Shown: one piece after another, positions 51,808-61,794 of the stretch | Layout of the letters: each line of letters starts with the position of its first letter | Numbering within the stretch: position 1 is the stretch's first letter | Origin: an uncultured Methanomicrobiales archaeon | GTDB lineage: Archaea > Halobacteriota > Methanomicrobia > Methanomicrobiales > Methanospirillaceae | Direction: 5' to 3' | Assembly (NCBI GenBank): GCA_963758915.1 | Contig: CAVWXH010000009.1 | Span: 160,001-224,000 of the forward strand | Length of the DNA: 64,000 nucleotides | Position numbers and translations under genes: made by a program | Notes under the pieces: generated by a model | Databases searched by the model: none | What the model was told of the DNA's origin: nothing | What the model saw: only the letters and a program-made list of their open reading frames with translations

Positions 51808-52290
51808 GCTCTGTAGAATCACACATGAACGGAACGTCCACACCAGGGCTATGAACCCCGTTCAGAATTTCCATATATTGGGGTCCGTTTTGTCATTTCC
51901 AATGAAAATCCCATCGACAATTTCATTCTTTATGCCCGACCGCAGGGCGGCCATAGGCGGTTAATATGAAAATCCCCACTGGCAATTTCATGTTGTATGC
52001 TTGTGGCCCTTCGGCATCATACCTGTTTTCATGGGAAATCCTCTCAAATCTATCTTGCAGATTGGTAATTCCAAAATTGTGTCACGCTATCCGGGCTCAT
52101 GGCCCGCCGCTTTGGCGACCCAGGTTGGGATAGAGGATGAACTCACAATCTCCGAAATTTTTAAGGGATTCTACCGTTGAACCCTGCCCGAAGAATATCT
52201 TAATGGGGGTGGGGCAGGGAGGGGGTGAAACCCCCCCGGGTCTGCGTATTTCCTTTTATTTTTTATGACACCGAATGGTTTCAATAAAGC
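51808..52290. repeat. Dispersed structured repeat, composite copy E (forward left part 51808-52040, reverse internally deleted copy 52040-52290)
   Basis: GCTCTGTAGAATCACACATGAACGG left end; 52040-52065 identical to 41896-41921; reverse GC core at 52084-52245. Confidence 0.88.
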
Positions 52291-52348
52291 CGGTTTTCCA
52301 AAAAAAAAATCCTGTGTATTCATCTTCTTGTGTGACAATTCTTTCAGC

Positions 52349-52609
52349 ATGCCGGATAAACCATCAAAGGAGAAAGAGGTGACGGAGTTACTCCGTGACC
52401 TGGTATGGCTGAATGCAGTCATCGCAACCGAATTGATCCAGATCACCGAGAACAGTTCGCAAATTCTGCGAAAGAGCCCGCCTCCGGATTCCTGTCTCCG
52501 TGACCACCAGTCACTCCGTGAAACGGCCCTGCTGATAGCAGAGCGTTGCCGGCCGGGAACTGCCTTAATGGAACACCTTACAAAACACCAGCAGGATAAA
52601 TCTGCGTAA
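52349..52609 (+). CDS. Hypothetical helical protein
   Basis: ATG 52349; protein-like composition (LVWLNAVIATELIQITEN). Confidence 0.6.
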   Translation: MPDKPSKEKEVTELLRDLVWLNAVIATELIQITENSSQILRKSPPPDSCLRDHQSLRETALLIAERCRPGTALMEHLTKHQQDKSA

Positions 52610-52807
52610 TGTATTTGCCATTGCGCCCCGAAACATACAGGTACAACGGTACGGCTGAGTTCGTACCCGGGTGCCTTTGAAAAGCAGTACCCGGGTACAG
52701 CTCCGTTACCACCTGTTACCAGTTACACGGTACCAAGACCGGGCTACATGGAAATATACAGGGCATGATATTGTGAACAAGGTGTGTAAACGGCCTATCT
52801 ATCCGGA

Positions 52808-53536
52808 GTGAGTATACTGGAACAAACAGAGATCAAGGCAGAGATGGCAGCGTGTACCCTTGTTATACCGGCCTATAACGAGGAGGAGCGTATCCATCTC
52901 CTCCTTTCAGATATAACGGGTTCCGACGCAACATTTATTTTTATCTGCGACGGGAACGATAAGACCTCAGAAATAATCCATAATTTTACAACAGCAAATC
53001 CGGATATGCGGATAAGCTGCCTGGAATATCCCGTAAGGCTTGGAAAAGGAAAGGCCATCAGAGAAGGACTTCAAAAAGCAGGCACACCGTTTGCCGGCTA
53101 CATGGATGCGGACGGTTCGACATCAATAGGGGAGATGAATGCCCTTCTTCACGGACTGGGGGATGTGGATGGCGCGATCGGCTCCCGTTACGTTCCCGGG
53201 TCAAAAGTCACCACGCCGCAGGGCATATTCCGGAGGCTTGAGAGCAGGACATTTAATCTTATCATCAGGTTACTCTTTGGCCTGCCGTATAACGACACCC
53301 AGTGCGGGGCGAAAGTCTTTAAATCAGTTCCATTGAAACTTATTCTCCCAAAGGTTACCTCAACCGGGTTCGAATTTGATGTAGAACTGATCTGGCGGAT
53401 GAGAACTACAGGATTTTTGTTAAAGGAACTCCCGATTATCTGGCAGAACCGGGGAGATTCACGGGTAAAGGGCCAGGACGCCTTTTCAATGTTTATGAAC
53501 CTCCTGACACTCAGGTTTGGAAGGGGACATACTTGA
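52808..53536 (+). CDS. GT2 glycosyltransferase (dolichyl-phosphate hexosyltransferase-like)
   Basis: VIPAYNEE, MDADGS, IGSR, DTQCGAK, FEFDVE. Confidence 0.9.
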   Translation: MSILEQTEIKAEMAACTLVIPAYNEEERIHLLLSDITGSDATFIFICDGNDKTSEIIHNFTTANPDMRISCLEYPVRLGKGKAIREGLQKAGTPFAGYMDADGSTSIGEMNALLHGLGDVDGAIGSRYVPGSKVTTPQGIFRRLESRTFNLIIRLLFGLPYNDTQCGAKVFKSVPLKLILPKVTSTGFEFDVELIWRMRTTGFLLKELPIIWQNRGDSRVKGQDAFSMFMNLLTLRFGRGHT

Positions 53537-55341
53537 CTGGTTTAGGCGAGAAAAAACGGCAGGCATTCCAGCTTTTTGAAGACGGGGACTATGATGGGTC
53601 CTATACCACCTGCATGACAATCCTGGGCGGGAGCCAGGAACCACAGGTTGAGGTACTGGCCGCCACCAACCTTTTCTATCTCGGACGCCTCGAAGAGGCG
53701 GAACTACATTTTCGTGACCTTGCAAGGAAAATGCCGGATTCTTCACACGTTCACGGGTTCCTCGGGAAGGTCCTGCGTGAAAAAGGAGATGAAGGGGCTG
53801 TTGCCGAATTTTCCGCTGCTGTGCGTCTGGACCCGGATAACCAGGACGCGCTCCGGAATTACACAAAATGCCTCGTTGATGGCAGGGATTACCGCAGGTC
53901 GCTTCCTGCACAACGACGCCTTGCAGAGCACTCCCGCAGGGAAGACGATTGCAGGGACCTGATTGCTACACTTATTGCCGTGGGAGAGGGTGTTGAAGCG
54001 CTGGACCAGTACCAGAGGTTCCCCTCCCTGAAAGCGAACGCTGACCCGCTCTATATCGATGCCCTCATTGCTGCAGGAGAGTTTGCAAAGGCAGGGGATG
54101 CCGCATCTGCTGAGTTTGAACGCTCGGGAAACAGGGAATTTCTTCGGAAATATCTTGGGGTCCTGTCACGCTGCAATGTCGCACTTGCCCTTTCAGGATA
54201 CCGGGACGCCTGCATGATGGAGGCGGACCATGGTATTGCGAAGGACTATATCAACCTCCTTATTTCAGTCCGCGATAATGATGAGGCACTCAGGATGTGC
54301 AGGGCACTGGTAACGAATGATAAGGATACGGACAGTTCAATACGACTTATTGAATGCAGGCTGCTCGCCGGACTTGGGTTGAAAGAAGAGGCAAGATCAA
54401 CCTACGAAGAACTGATCCGTTCGGGCATCGGGAGTGCAGGGAGTGACGCGTTGCTCCGTGATGCACTCCCGCTCTACCGCGAGTTCCTCCTGACATATTA
54501 CCCGAAAAGTGAGACCATTAAGATATTTACATCGGTCGTATCTCCAGGCGCCAACCCGGTATGCCTGTATGAGACAGGAAATCTCTACGAACAACTGGGG
54601 GATGGTACCGAGGCGCGGGGGTGGTACTACCGGGCATACCGGAGTGATTTCCTTACCGGAGGTCTCGAATATGCAGCGTTCCTGGCCCGCCATAAGGAGT
54701 GGAGGGAGTGCGAAAAAGTGATGCTGTATATCCTTTCCAACATTAAACGGAGCCAGGACATCATCAGGGTAGCACAGGTAACCACAGGAGGTAATCTGAT
54801 TCACCATACCCCGAGGCTCCTGTTCAGGCTTATCGAACGGCTTGAAGAGCGGCGGGACAAGTTACCTGCAGACGGGCTCGAGTTCCTGGCTGTTGCATAC
54901 CTTGTTGCAGGGACAAATGCAATAGGTGAAGGCAATTATTCGGCATGCAAACGCTACTGCCTCCAGGGACTTGATATCCTGCCCGCATATTCAACCTGCA
55001 TTGCAACGGCTGATTTTGTTGCCGTCCTCGGACGCTGCAAGGAGCGGGCGATAGTCGACCTGCCGGTAATGGATGATGCAGAAGGAGCGGCAGGAATTTC
55101 CGTGAGGGAATCGCCACAGGTCAGGATTAGTGGTCTGGAGCCGCAGGAGGAAAAAATCCTCGAGTTCCTGAAATTACACCGCAAGGCCAGCGAAACTGAC
55201 CTTCGAAAACTCCTCGGGACCCGCCGGGTAACGGGGATAATGAACAGGCTGATTGCTAAAAGTGTTGCACAGGGTGTGCGGCACGTTGCAAAAAGAGGAA
55301 GTGGAGAGCAGGGGGAGATCTATGAGTATACGGGAGGGTGA
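53533..55341 (+). CDS. TPR-repeat protein with a putative C-terminal winged helix
   Basis: TPR-like helices (HGFLGKVL..A..LDP.N); C-terminal ILEFL..H.KASE.DLRK...IYEY. Confidence 0.75.
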   Translation: MTGLGEKKRQAFQLFEDGDYDGSYTTCMTILGGSQEPQVEVLAATNLFYLGRLEEAELHFRDLARKMPDSSHVHGFLGKVLREKGDEGAVAEFSAAVRLDPDNQDALRNYTKCLVDGRDYRRSLPAQRRLAEHSRREDDCRDLIATLIAVGEGVEALDQYQRFPSLKANADPLYIDALIAAGEFAKAGDAASAEFERSGNREFLRKYLGVLSRCNVALALSGYRDACMMEADHGIAKDYINLLISVRDNDEALRMCRALVTNDKDTDSSIRLIECRLLAGLGLKEEARSTYEELIRSGIGSAGSDALLRDALPLYREFLLTYYPKSETIKIFTSVVSPGANPVCLYETGNLYEQLGDGTEARGWYYRAYRSDFLTGGLEYAAFLARHKEWRECEKVMLYILSNIKRSQDIIRVAQVTTGGNLIHHTPRLLFRLIERLEERRDKLPADGLEFLAVAYLVAGTNAIGEGNYSACKRYCLQGLDILPAYSTCIATADFVAVLGRCKERAIVDLPVMDDAEGAAGISVRESPQVRISGLEPQEEKILEFLKLHRKASETDLRKLLGTRRVTGIMNRLIAKSVAQGVRHVAKRGSGEQGEIYEYTGG

Positions 55342-55345
55342 TCGG

Positions 55346-56623
55346 ATGGATGAACAGAAACTGGAGAGCCTGAATATCATCAACGCCCTGCGACGCGGGA
55401 CCGTGCCTGCCAGCGGACTTGAACGGATTGCGGTCGGTCTCGACGTGGAAGAGGATGTCATCGCCACGCAGCTGGATTATGTCTCTTCCGGTGGGGGTGA
55501 CCTCAAGTTTATCAGGGGCGATTATGGGAGCGGGAAGACGTTTCTCGTCGCACGGTCACTTGAGATTGCACGTGAAAAAGGATTTGCCACGGCCCATGTT
55601 ATTATCTCTCCCTCTTCCCCCCTCCATAAGCTGAAAGGGATTTACCAGCAGATATGCGGGACCCTGCGGACGAAGGAAGACGAACACGCGTTGAAGACAG
55701 TCATCGACAACTGGCTCTATGCTATCGAGGAGCGAATAATCCAGGTCACCGGGGAAGGAATAGATGAGCAGGGGCTTGAAACAGCGACCGAACGGGAGAT
55801 AGAGTCCGCCCTTGCCGGGATAAGCGAGATGAACTCGTCACTTGCGGCAGCACTCAGGACGTATTACCGGGCGAATAATACCGGTGACTTCCAGCTTGCG
55901 CAGTCTGCGATAGGCTGGCTTTCCGCCGAGCCAAACATCGGCCGCGATTTCAAACAAAAGGCAGCGATAAAAGGGGATATTGACGAGACCGTGGCATTTG
56001 TATTCCTGAAAGGGATTGTAAAGATTATTATCGGGTCTGGATGCCGGGGCCTGGCCGTCGCAATTGATGAAGCAGAGATTACGCAGTCCTCCCCGCGTGC
56101 GACCCGGGAAAAAGGGTATTCCCTGATACGACAGGTGGTTGATTCCCTTGACGGGGGCGAAATGCCCCACTGTTATTTCCTGGTCACCGGAACACCCTCG
56201 CTCTTTGAAGGACCACGCGGATTCCGCTCACTTCCTGCCCTTTTTGACAGGATCAATGTTGTCCAGACCGATAAATTCAGGAACCCGAGGCAACCGCAGA
56301 TCATTCTCTCGCGGTTCAATACAACCAAGCTCGAAAAAGTTGCCCTGAAGGTCTGTGACATCTATTCTGTTGCCTACAAAGAGGTCGACCGGGAGCGGAT
56401 CTCGCACCGGTTTATCAGGGCGATGATCAGCAAGGTGACGGGAAAATTCGGTGGGAGGGTGGATATCATCCCGAGGATTTTCTTAAAGGAATTCGTGGAC
56501 GTTCTCGATAAATGTGAGCTCTACGAAGATTATGACCCGTGGGCTGCCTATGAATTTGACACGGCCCGGTTAAAAGGCGAACTCCGTGAAGAGGAAGAAG
56601 CGGTCATGACGATTGAGTTCTGA
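55346..56623 (+). CDS. BrxD/DUF2791-family P-loop ATPase
   Basis: INALRRGTVP..GLE.IAVG, Walker A GDYGSGKT, Walker B IDEAE, PRIFLKEFVDVLD; GGAGGGTGA RBS before ATG 55346. Confidence 0.85.
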   Translation: MDEQKLESLNIINALRRGTVPASGLERIAVGLDVEEDVIATQLDYVSSGGGDLKFIRGDYGSGKTFLVARSLEIAREKGFATAHVIISPSSPLHKLKGIYQQICGTLRTKEDEHALKTVIDNWLYAIEERIIQVTGEGIDEQGLETATEREIESALAGISEMNSSLAAALRTYYRANNTGDFQLAQSAIGWLSAEPNIGRDFKQKAAIKGDIDETVAFVFLKGIVKIIIGSGCRGLAVAIDEAEITQSSPRATREKGYSLIRQVVDSLDGGEMPHCYFLVTGTPSLFEGPRGFRSLPALFDRINVVQTDKFRNPRQPQIILSRFNTTKLEKVALKVCDIYSVAYKEVDRERISHRFIRAMISKVTGKFGGRVDIIPRIFLKEFVDVLDKCELYEDYDPWAAYEFDTARLKGELREEEEAVMTIEF

Positions 56624-56872
56624 AATCACTAACCGGGGTTGACCGGCATAATATCACCCCGAAGAACAACCTGCCGGAATACCTTTTTTTATTACAATTG
56701 GACAGGCAAACGTAACCATACGAAAAGATTATCGATGCATACCCTTTGGGTAGAGTGCGACACCTGTGCTGGTATGTCTCCCGGTTATCATGGATCGTTG
56801 GATACAACTCCCGTTTTTTTCGGTGAAGAACAATTTATATTAAACAATAATACGTGATAGATAAGATTATTA

Positions 56873-58948
56873 ATGGACCTACGGGCGAAAACACTCATTA
56901 TTTTTGGTGTCGGATTATTGCTTATCCTTGCCGGGTTTACTTTGTATTCCACCTATGTCCTGCAAAAAAGCTACACAGATATTGAACATGCGGAAGTCCG
57001 GCAGGATATTGAACAGGTCAAATTTGCAATCGACAATGAATTATCCACACTTGATTCCACGCTGCTGGACTGGTCCTCCTGGGATGATACCTATTATTTT
57101 GCACAAGGAAACAACTCTGATTACATAGAAGAAAATCTTCCAAAAGAAACATTCCAGACGCTGGACCTCGATTTTCTCCTGATGTTCAGCCGGTCTGGTA
57201 ACCTGATCTATGCCAAAGCGTATGATCAGAATACCGGTGATCTTGAACCGGTCTCTCCTTTCTTGCTCAATAAAATAATTGAGAACTATCCTCTTTTTGG
57301 TTTTGAGTCTCCTGACAGGAGTTCATCTGTACAGGGTATTTTCTTTGCTGATAACCAGCCAAGGTTTGTGGCGGTCCGTCCAATCCTGAAAAACAATGGG
57401 GATGGACCCGCCGAAGGAATCCTGGTAATGGGCCGCAATTTTGATGAAGGCCGGATGGATAAGATGTCAAAATCCACCGGTGTTTCCGTAACTTTGATTG
57501 ATTCAGCCACCCTGTCACAAACCCCGTCAACAGGTCCCATTCGGGACCAGTTTACTACAGAAAATTTCAGGGTAAATTACCCGGACAATTCGGATATAAT
57601 CGAGGGTTACACGCAGTTGAAGCAACTCAGTGTCACCCCTGGCAATTATATTCTGGCGGTGAAAGAACCCCGGGTTATCTACCAGAGCGGGATTTCGACG
57701 ATCTATTCATTCCTGTTCATTGTCCTCCTCGCTGCACTGATCTTTGGAATCCTTGGCTTAATGTTAATCGATCGATTAGTCTTGTCAAGGGTCAGTACCA
57801 TCACGACCGATGTCCAAAAGATTGGATCTGATAAAGAAATCACCAGGATCACCGAAATTGCGGGAGATGATGAATTAACCCAGTTGTCGAGGGCCATTAA
57901 CCAGATGCTCGAAAAGATTTCGCTTGCCCGGTTACGCTACCAGAGTATTGTTGAGGACCAGACCGAACTGATCTGCAGATTCAACCCGGACGGCCGCATC
58001 ACATTCATGAATTCCGCGTTTAAACGTATTATGCCGGGTTTTTGGGAAGATCTGGATACGGTCACGTTTTACGACCTCAATTCACCTTACATCTCCAGGG
58101 AGCGAATGGAAAAAAATTTAAAGACCCTCACACCGCACTCACCAATCGGTGAAGGAGAGCAGGAATTCGCGCTTGAAAGGGGTTACCTTTCAATCTCCTG
58201 GACAATCAGGGCAATTTTCGACTCGGAGGAGATAGTACAGGAATACCAGTTCGTAGGGAGTGATATTACCATGAGAAAACAGGCGGAAACTGCATTACAG
58301 CAGGTTACCAGAAAACTGACGCTATTGAACCAGGTCACGTTTAATGACATCCATAATGCAGTCTTTACACTCAACGGGTACCTCGCGCTCGAAAAAATCC
58401 TTCCTGATGGCGAAATGGTCAACAATTACCATGATATGGAGGTGGAATCTGTCAGGAAGATTGAGAATTCACTGAACTTTGCAAAAAATTACCAGGATCT
58501 GGGCCTGAAACCCCCCGAGTGGCAGAATGTTCACCAGGTATTCGTTATGGGCATTTCGCACCTGGATTTTTCATCCATGCAGCGCATCATTCATCTTGAT
58601 AACCTGGAGATTTATGCAGATTCACTCCTTGAACGGGTTTTTTTCACGCTGGCCGGAAATGTTCTCCGCCATGCAAAAAATGCCACTGAGGTTACCCTTG
58701 GGTATCAGTTTACCGTGGACGGCCTCATGCTGTTTTTCGAGGACAACGGAAAGGGAATACCTGATGCCAATAAGGAAAAGATATTTGAACGGGGATACGG
58801 TGCCCAGCAGGGGATGGAATTGTTCCTGGTACGGGAAATCCTCGGCATTACAGGCATCAAAATACGGGAAACGGGAAAACATGGGTTCGGCGCACGCTTC
58901 GAGATGAATGTACCAAAAACGGCATACCGGTTTACGGATAACAGATAA
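56873..58948 (+). CDS. CHASE4-HAMP-PAS-HATPase sensor kinase-like protein
   Basis: DWSSWDDTY (CHASE4), DELTQL.RAINQM (HAMP), PAS, EDNGKGI/IFERG. Confidence 0.88.
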   Translation: MDLRAKTLIIFGVGLLLILAGFTLYSTYVLQKSYTDIEHAEVRQDIEQVKFAIDNELSTLDSTLLDWSSWDDTYYFAQGNNSDYIEENLPKETFQTLDLDFLLMFSRSGNLIYAKAYDQNTGDLEPVSPFLLNKIIENYPLFGFESPDRSSSVQGIFFADNQPRFVAVRPILKNNGDGPAEGILVMGRNFDEGRMDKMSKSTGVSVTLIDSATLSQTPSTGPIRDQFTTENFRVNYPDNSDIIEGYTQLKQLSVTPGNYILAVKEPRVIYQSGISTIYSFLFIVLLAALIFGILGLMLIDRLVLSRVSTITTDVQKIGSDKEITRITEIAGDDELTQLSRAINQMLEKISLARLRYQSIVEDQTELICRFNPDGRITFMNSAFKRIMPGFWEDLDTVTFYDLNSPYISRERMEKNLKTLTPHSPIGEGEQEFALERGYLSISWTIRAIFDSEEIVQEYQFVGSDITMRKQAETALQQVTRKLTLLNQVTFNDIHNAVFTLNGYLALEKILPDGEMVNNYHDMEVESVRKIENSLNFAKNYQDLGLKPPEWQNVHQVFVMGISHLDFSSMQRIIHLDNLEIYADSLLERVFFTLAGNVLRHAKNATEVTLGYQFTVDGLMLFFEDNGKGIPDANKEKIFERGYGAQQGMELFLVREILGITGIKIRETGKHGFGARFEMNVPKTAYRFTDNR

Positions 58949-59036
58949 CCCCCGGGGTAGATCTCTTCAGATTTCTGCATCGGAAGTTCGCGGTAAATAA
59001 TTTCTTTAAGGAAAGATCCTTTATTCTAAAAAATTG

Positions 59037-59377
59037 GCTCTGTAGAAACACACATGAATGGGATGTTCACACCCAAACCATGAAAATGCCCTCTAAAATC
59101 TCCTTATATTGGTGTTCGTTCAGCCATTTTCATATGAAATCCTTCGGATATAAAAAAGGTAACAGAACTGCATAGACAGGAGGGGGGGTTTCACCCCCTC
59201 CCTGCCCCACCCCCATTAAAGTATTCTTTGGGCAGGGTTTTCATAAATTTCAATAATCCAGGTCATTTGTGACTGGCCCCTATCCCAACAGGGGTCGCTA
59301 CCGCGGCGGGGCGGAGCCCCGGGAGCATGACAAAATACTGGATAAACCTAAAACTCCGTAAATGGATTTGAGAGAGG
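59037..59377 (+). repeat. Dispersed structured repeat, copy B (full)
   Basis: Colinear with 21066-21426 from GCTCTGTAGAAAC to GATTTGAGAGAGG. Confidence 0.9.
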
Positions 59378-59468
59378 TTCAACATCAGCTAAATAATGGG
59401 AAATAATAGAAAAAAATTTGTCCCGGTCTATTACCAGGGACGGGGAAAAAATAATTGTTGGCCGGTAC

Positions 59469-60107
59469 TTATGTCCCGGATTTCATCGTTCCATTCGTTT
59501 TCACAGCACTTGTATTGGCCGTCTGGTTAACTGCCGGAGCAGGAGGTATCAGGACCGCATCGATGACATGGATAACACCGTTATCGGTCTTGATATCAGT
59601 CGTAACAATCTTGGCATTGTTAATGAATACTCCTTCCTTGGTCACATTAACGGTGAGGTTCTGACCCTCGAGGGTCTTGATGGTCTTCATCTTGACAACG
59701 TCATCTGCTACGTACATCCCTGATACCACGTGATATTTCAGGACATCAGTCAGCTGGCTCTTCGGGTCCAGCAGTAATTTTTCCACAGTCCCGTTAGGCA
59801 GTTTTTTGAATGCTGCATCGCTTGGTGCAAAAACGGTAAACGGTCCCTGACCGCTTAATGCGCTGTCAAGATTGGCGGCCTTGAGAGCTGTGACAAGCGT
59901 CGTGAAATTACCATTTGCTACTGCAGTGCTCACAATGGTCTTCATCGGGGGTGTTGTTGTCTGTGCTGCAATGGTAGTCGGTACCGGGGTCGCAATTGTT
60001 GTAGCCTGAGTCGTTGCCGGTGGAGTTGTTGTTGGTGTCGTACATCCGGCGATTAATACACCTGCCAGACAGAAACATATGAATAATAATAGCATCTCTT
60101 TTCTCAT
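59469..60107 (-). CDS. Fasciclin (FAS1) domain lipoprotein
   Basis: IAGC lipobox, Thr/Pro linker, [28 protein letters not shown]. Confidence 0.93.
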   Translation of the reverse strand: MRKEMLLLFICFCLAGVLIAGCTTPTTTPPATTQATTIATPVPTTIAAQTTTPPMKTIVSTAVANGNFTTLVTALKAANLDSALSGQGPFTVFAPSDAAFKKLPNGTVEKLLLDPKSQLTDVLKYHVVSGMYVADDVVKMKTIKTLEGQNLTVNVTKEGVFINNAKIVTTDIKTDNGVIHVIDAVLIPPAPAVNQTANTSAVKTNGTMKSGT

Positions 60108-60282
60108 TTTTTCCAGCTCATGCCCGTAATATGGGTAAAATACTAATAATTAACAAAATATTTATATTTTCTTAAATATCAGTGGGATCGTCTTTCATAA
60201 AGTGAAATAAACGTATTTTCATTCCTGTGAATAATCCATGAACTGTTCTGCTCAAAAGGTCTTATATGCAAATTTGTCGGTC

Positions 60283-60313
60283 CTGTGGAAACACATGAGA
60301 ATGATTTGAGAGG
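60283..60313 (+). repeat. Possible internally deleted repeat copy H (both ends joined)
   Basis: CTGTGGAAACACATGA (left-end-like) followed by GATTTGAGAGG (right-end-like). Confidence 0.4.
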
Positions 60314-60369
60314 TTTCCAACACAGCCGAAAAATTGCAGGGATTTGTTGTTATATTATGAGTTTTGCCG

Positions 60370-61624
60370 TTAAGGGCGTCTACGACGGACCCGTACCGAT
60401 TCCGAGTGGGCAAAGAGCCCTTCAGCGTCTGCGATGGTCTCAACAGCATCCCCGATCAGTTCAATCCCTTCACGGTCGATGATCTGGACGGTCGAGGTCT
60501 TGGTGAAATGCCGGACATCGAGTCCTGAATAGGTCCTGGCATACCCTGCTGTCGGGAGGACATGGTTTGTACCCGATGCAAAGTCCCCGCATGCGACTGC
60601 GGCATTCGGCCCGACAAAAATAGAGCCGGCATGCCTGATCCTTGAAAGGACATGCATGCTGTCAGCAGTCTGGACAGACAGGTGTTCCGGGGCAAGGTAA
60701 TTTACCGCATCGATGGCGTCATCCATGCAGTCAGCAATATAATAGCCCGAATTTTTCAGTGCTTTTTCGATTATCGTCCTGCGGGATGCCGTTTTCATCA
60801 TGGTTTCAACAATTGCCCCTGTCTTTTTCGCGATGCTTTCATCGGTGGTGATCAGGACACAGGCCGCATGGGGGTCATGTTCGGCCTGTGCAAGGATATC
60901 AGCCGCGATGAACTCCGGATCTGCTGTTCCGTCGGCAATAATTGCGATTTCGCTCGGGCCCGCGGGAAAATCTATCTCGGCATGTTCTCTTAAGAGGACT
61001 TTTGCGGCGGTGACATAGACATTTCCCGGGCCAACAATTTTCTGGACAGGTTCAATGGTCTCGGTCCCGAGCGCCATCGCGGCGATTGCCTGGGCCCCGC
61101 CGACCTGGTAGACTTCATCTACCCCGGCGATATCGAGGGCGATTAACGTGGCAGGGTGGACAGGTGGCGGGGAGCAGCAACAGACTGAGGGGACTCCGGC
61201 GACCCTGGCAGGCACGGTACACATCAGTGCGGTTGAGGGGTAGGCCGCCCTTCCGCCAGGCACGTAAGCCCCGATCCGGTCAAGTGCCGTGGTCTTCACC
61301 CCGAGCGTGATACCTGGGGAGACCTGCCTGAGCCAGATGTCCTCAGGCCGTGACATCTCGTGAAAAGATGAAATACGTGCCTCTGCTTCGATGAGGCTCT
61401 CAACAAGCCGGGTTTCGACTTTTTCGTATGCCTCTTCCCGCTCCTCATCGCTGACCAGGAGGTCTGAAAGCACGGATGTTATCGAATTTCTCCGTGAGGT
61501 CGAAAAGGGCCTTGTCCCCGCCTTCCCTGACCATGCGGATAATTTCTTCAACCGGTCCTTTCACCCCGGATATCCCCGATCTCCGCTGTTCCACCCATGT
61601 TTCGATATCGACAGCCTGCCACAT
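60370..61624 (-). pseudogene. hisD: Histidinol dehydrogenase paralog with a +1 frameshift near 61474
   Basis: ATG 61624 gives MWQAVDIETW...KFDNI, homologous to the neighbour's N-terminus; span 1255 nt = 3n+1; the rest has YVPGG, GPGN.YV, AGPSE, AEHD, APEHL, GTNHVLPT. Confidence 0.8.
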
Positions 61625-61794
61625 GTGAGGAGTGGTTCGATGAGAACCAATGTTAAGGTATCGACGGGGTGCACCTCCTAAAATTCCATCGGTTTCTGAT
61701 TATTCGTATTTCCTGGTTCCGGAGATTTTTTTCGGTGAAATCCCTGCCCTGTCCCGAAAATTTAACAACGATTTCTGCGAAAGCTATTCCTACC

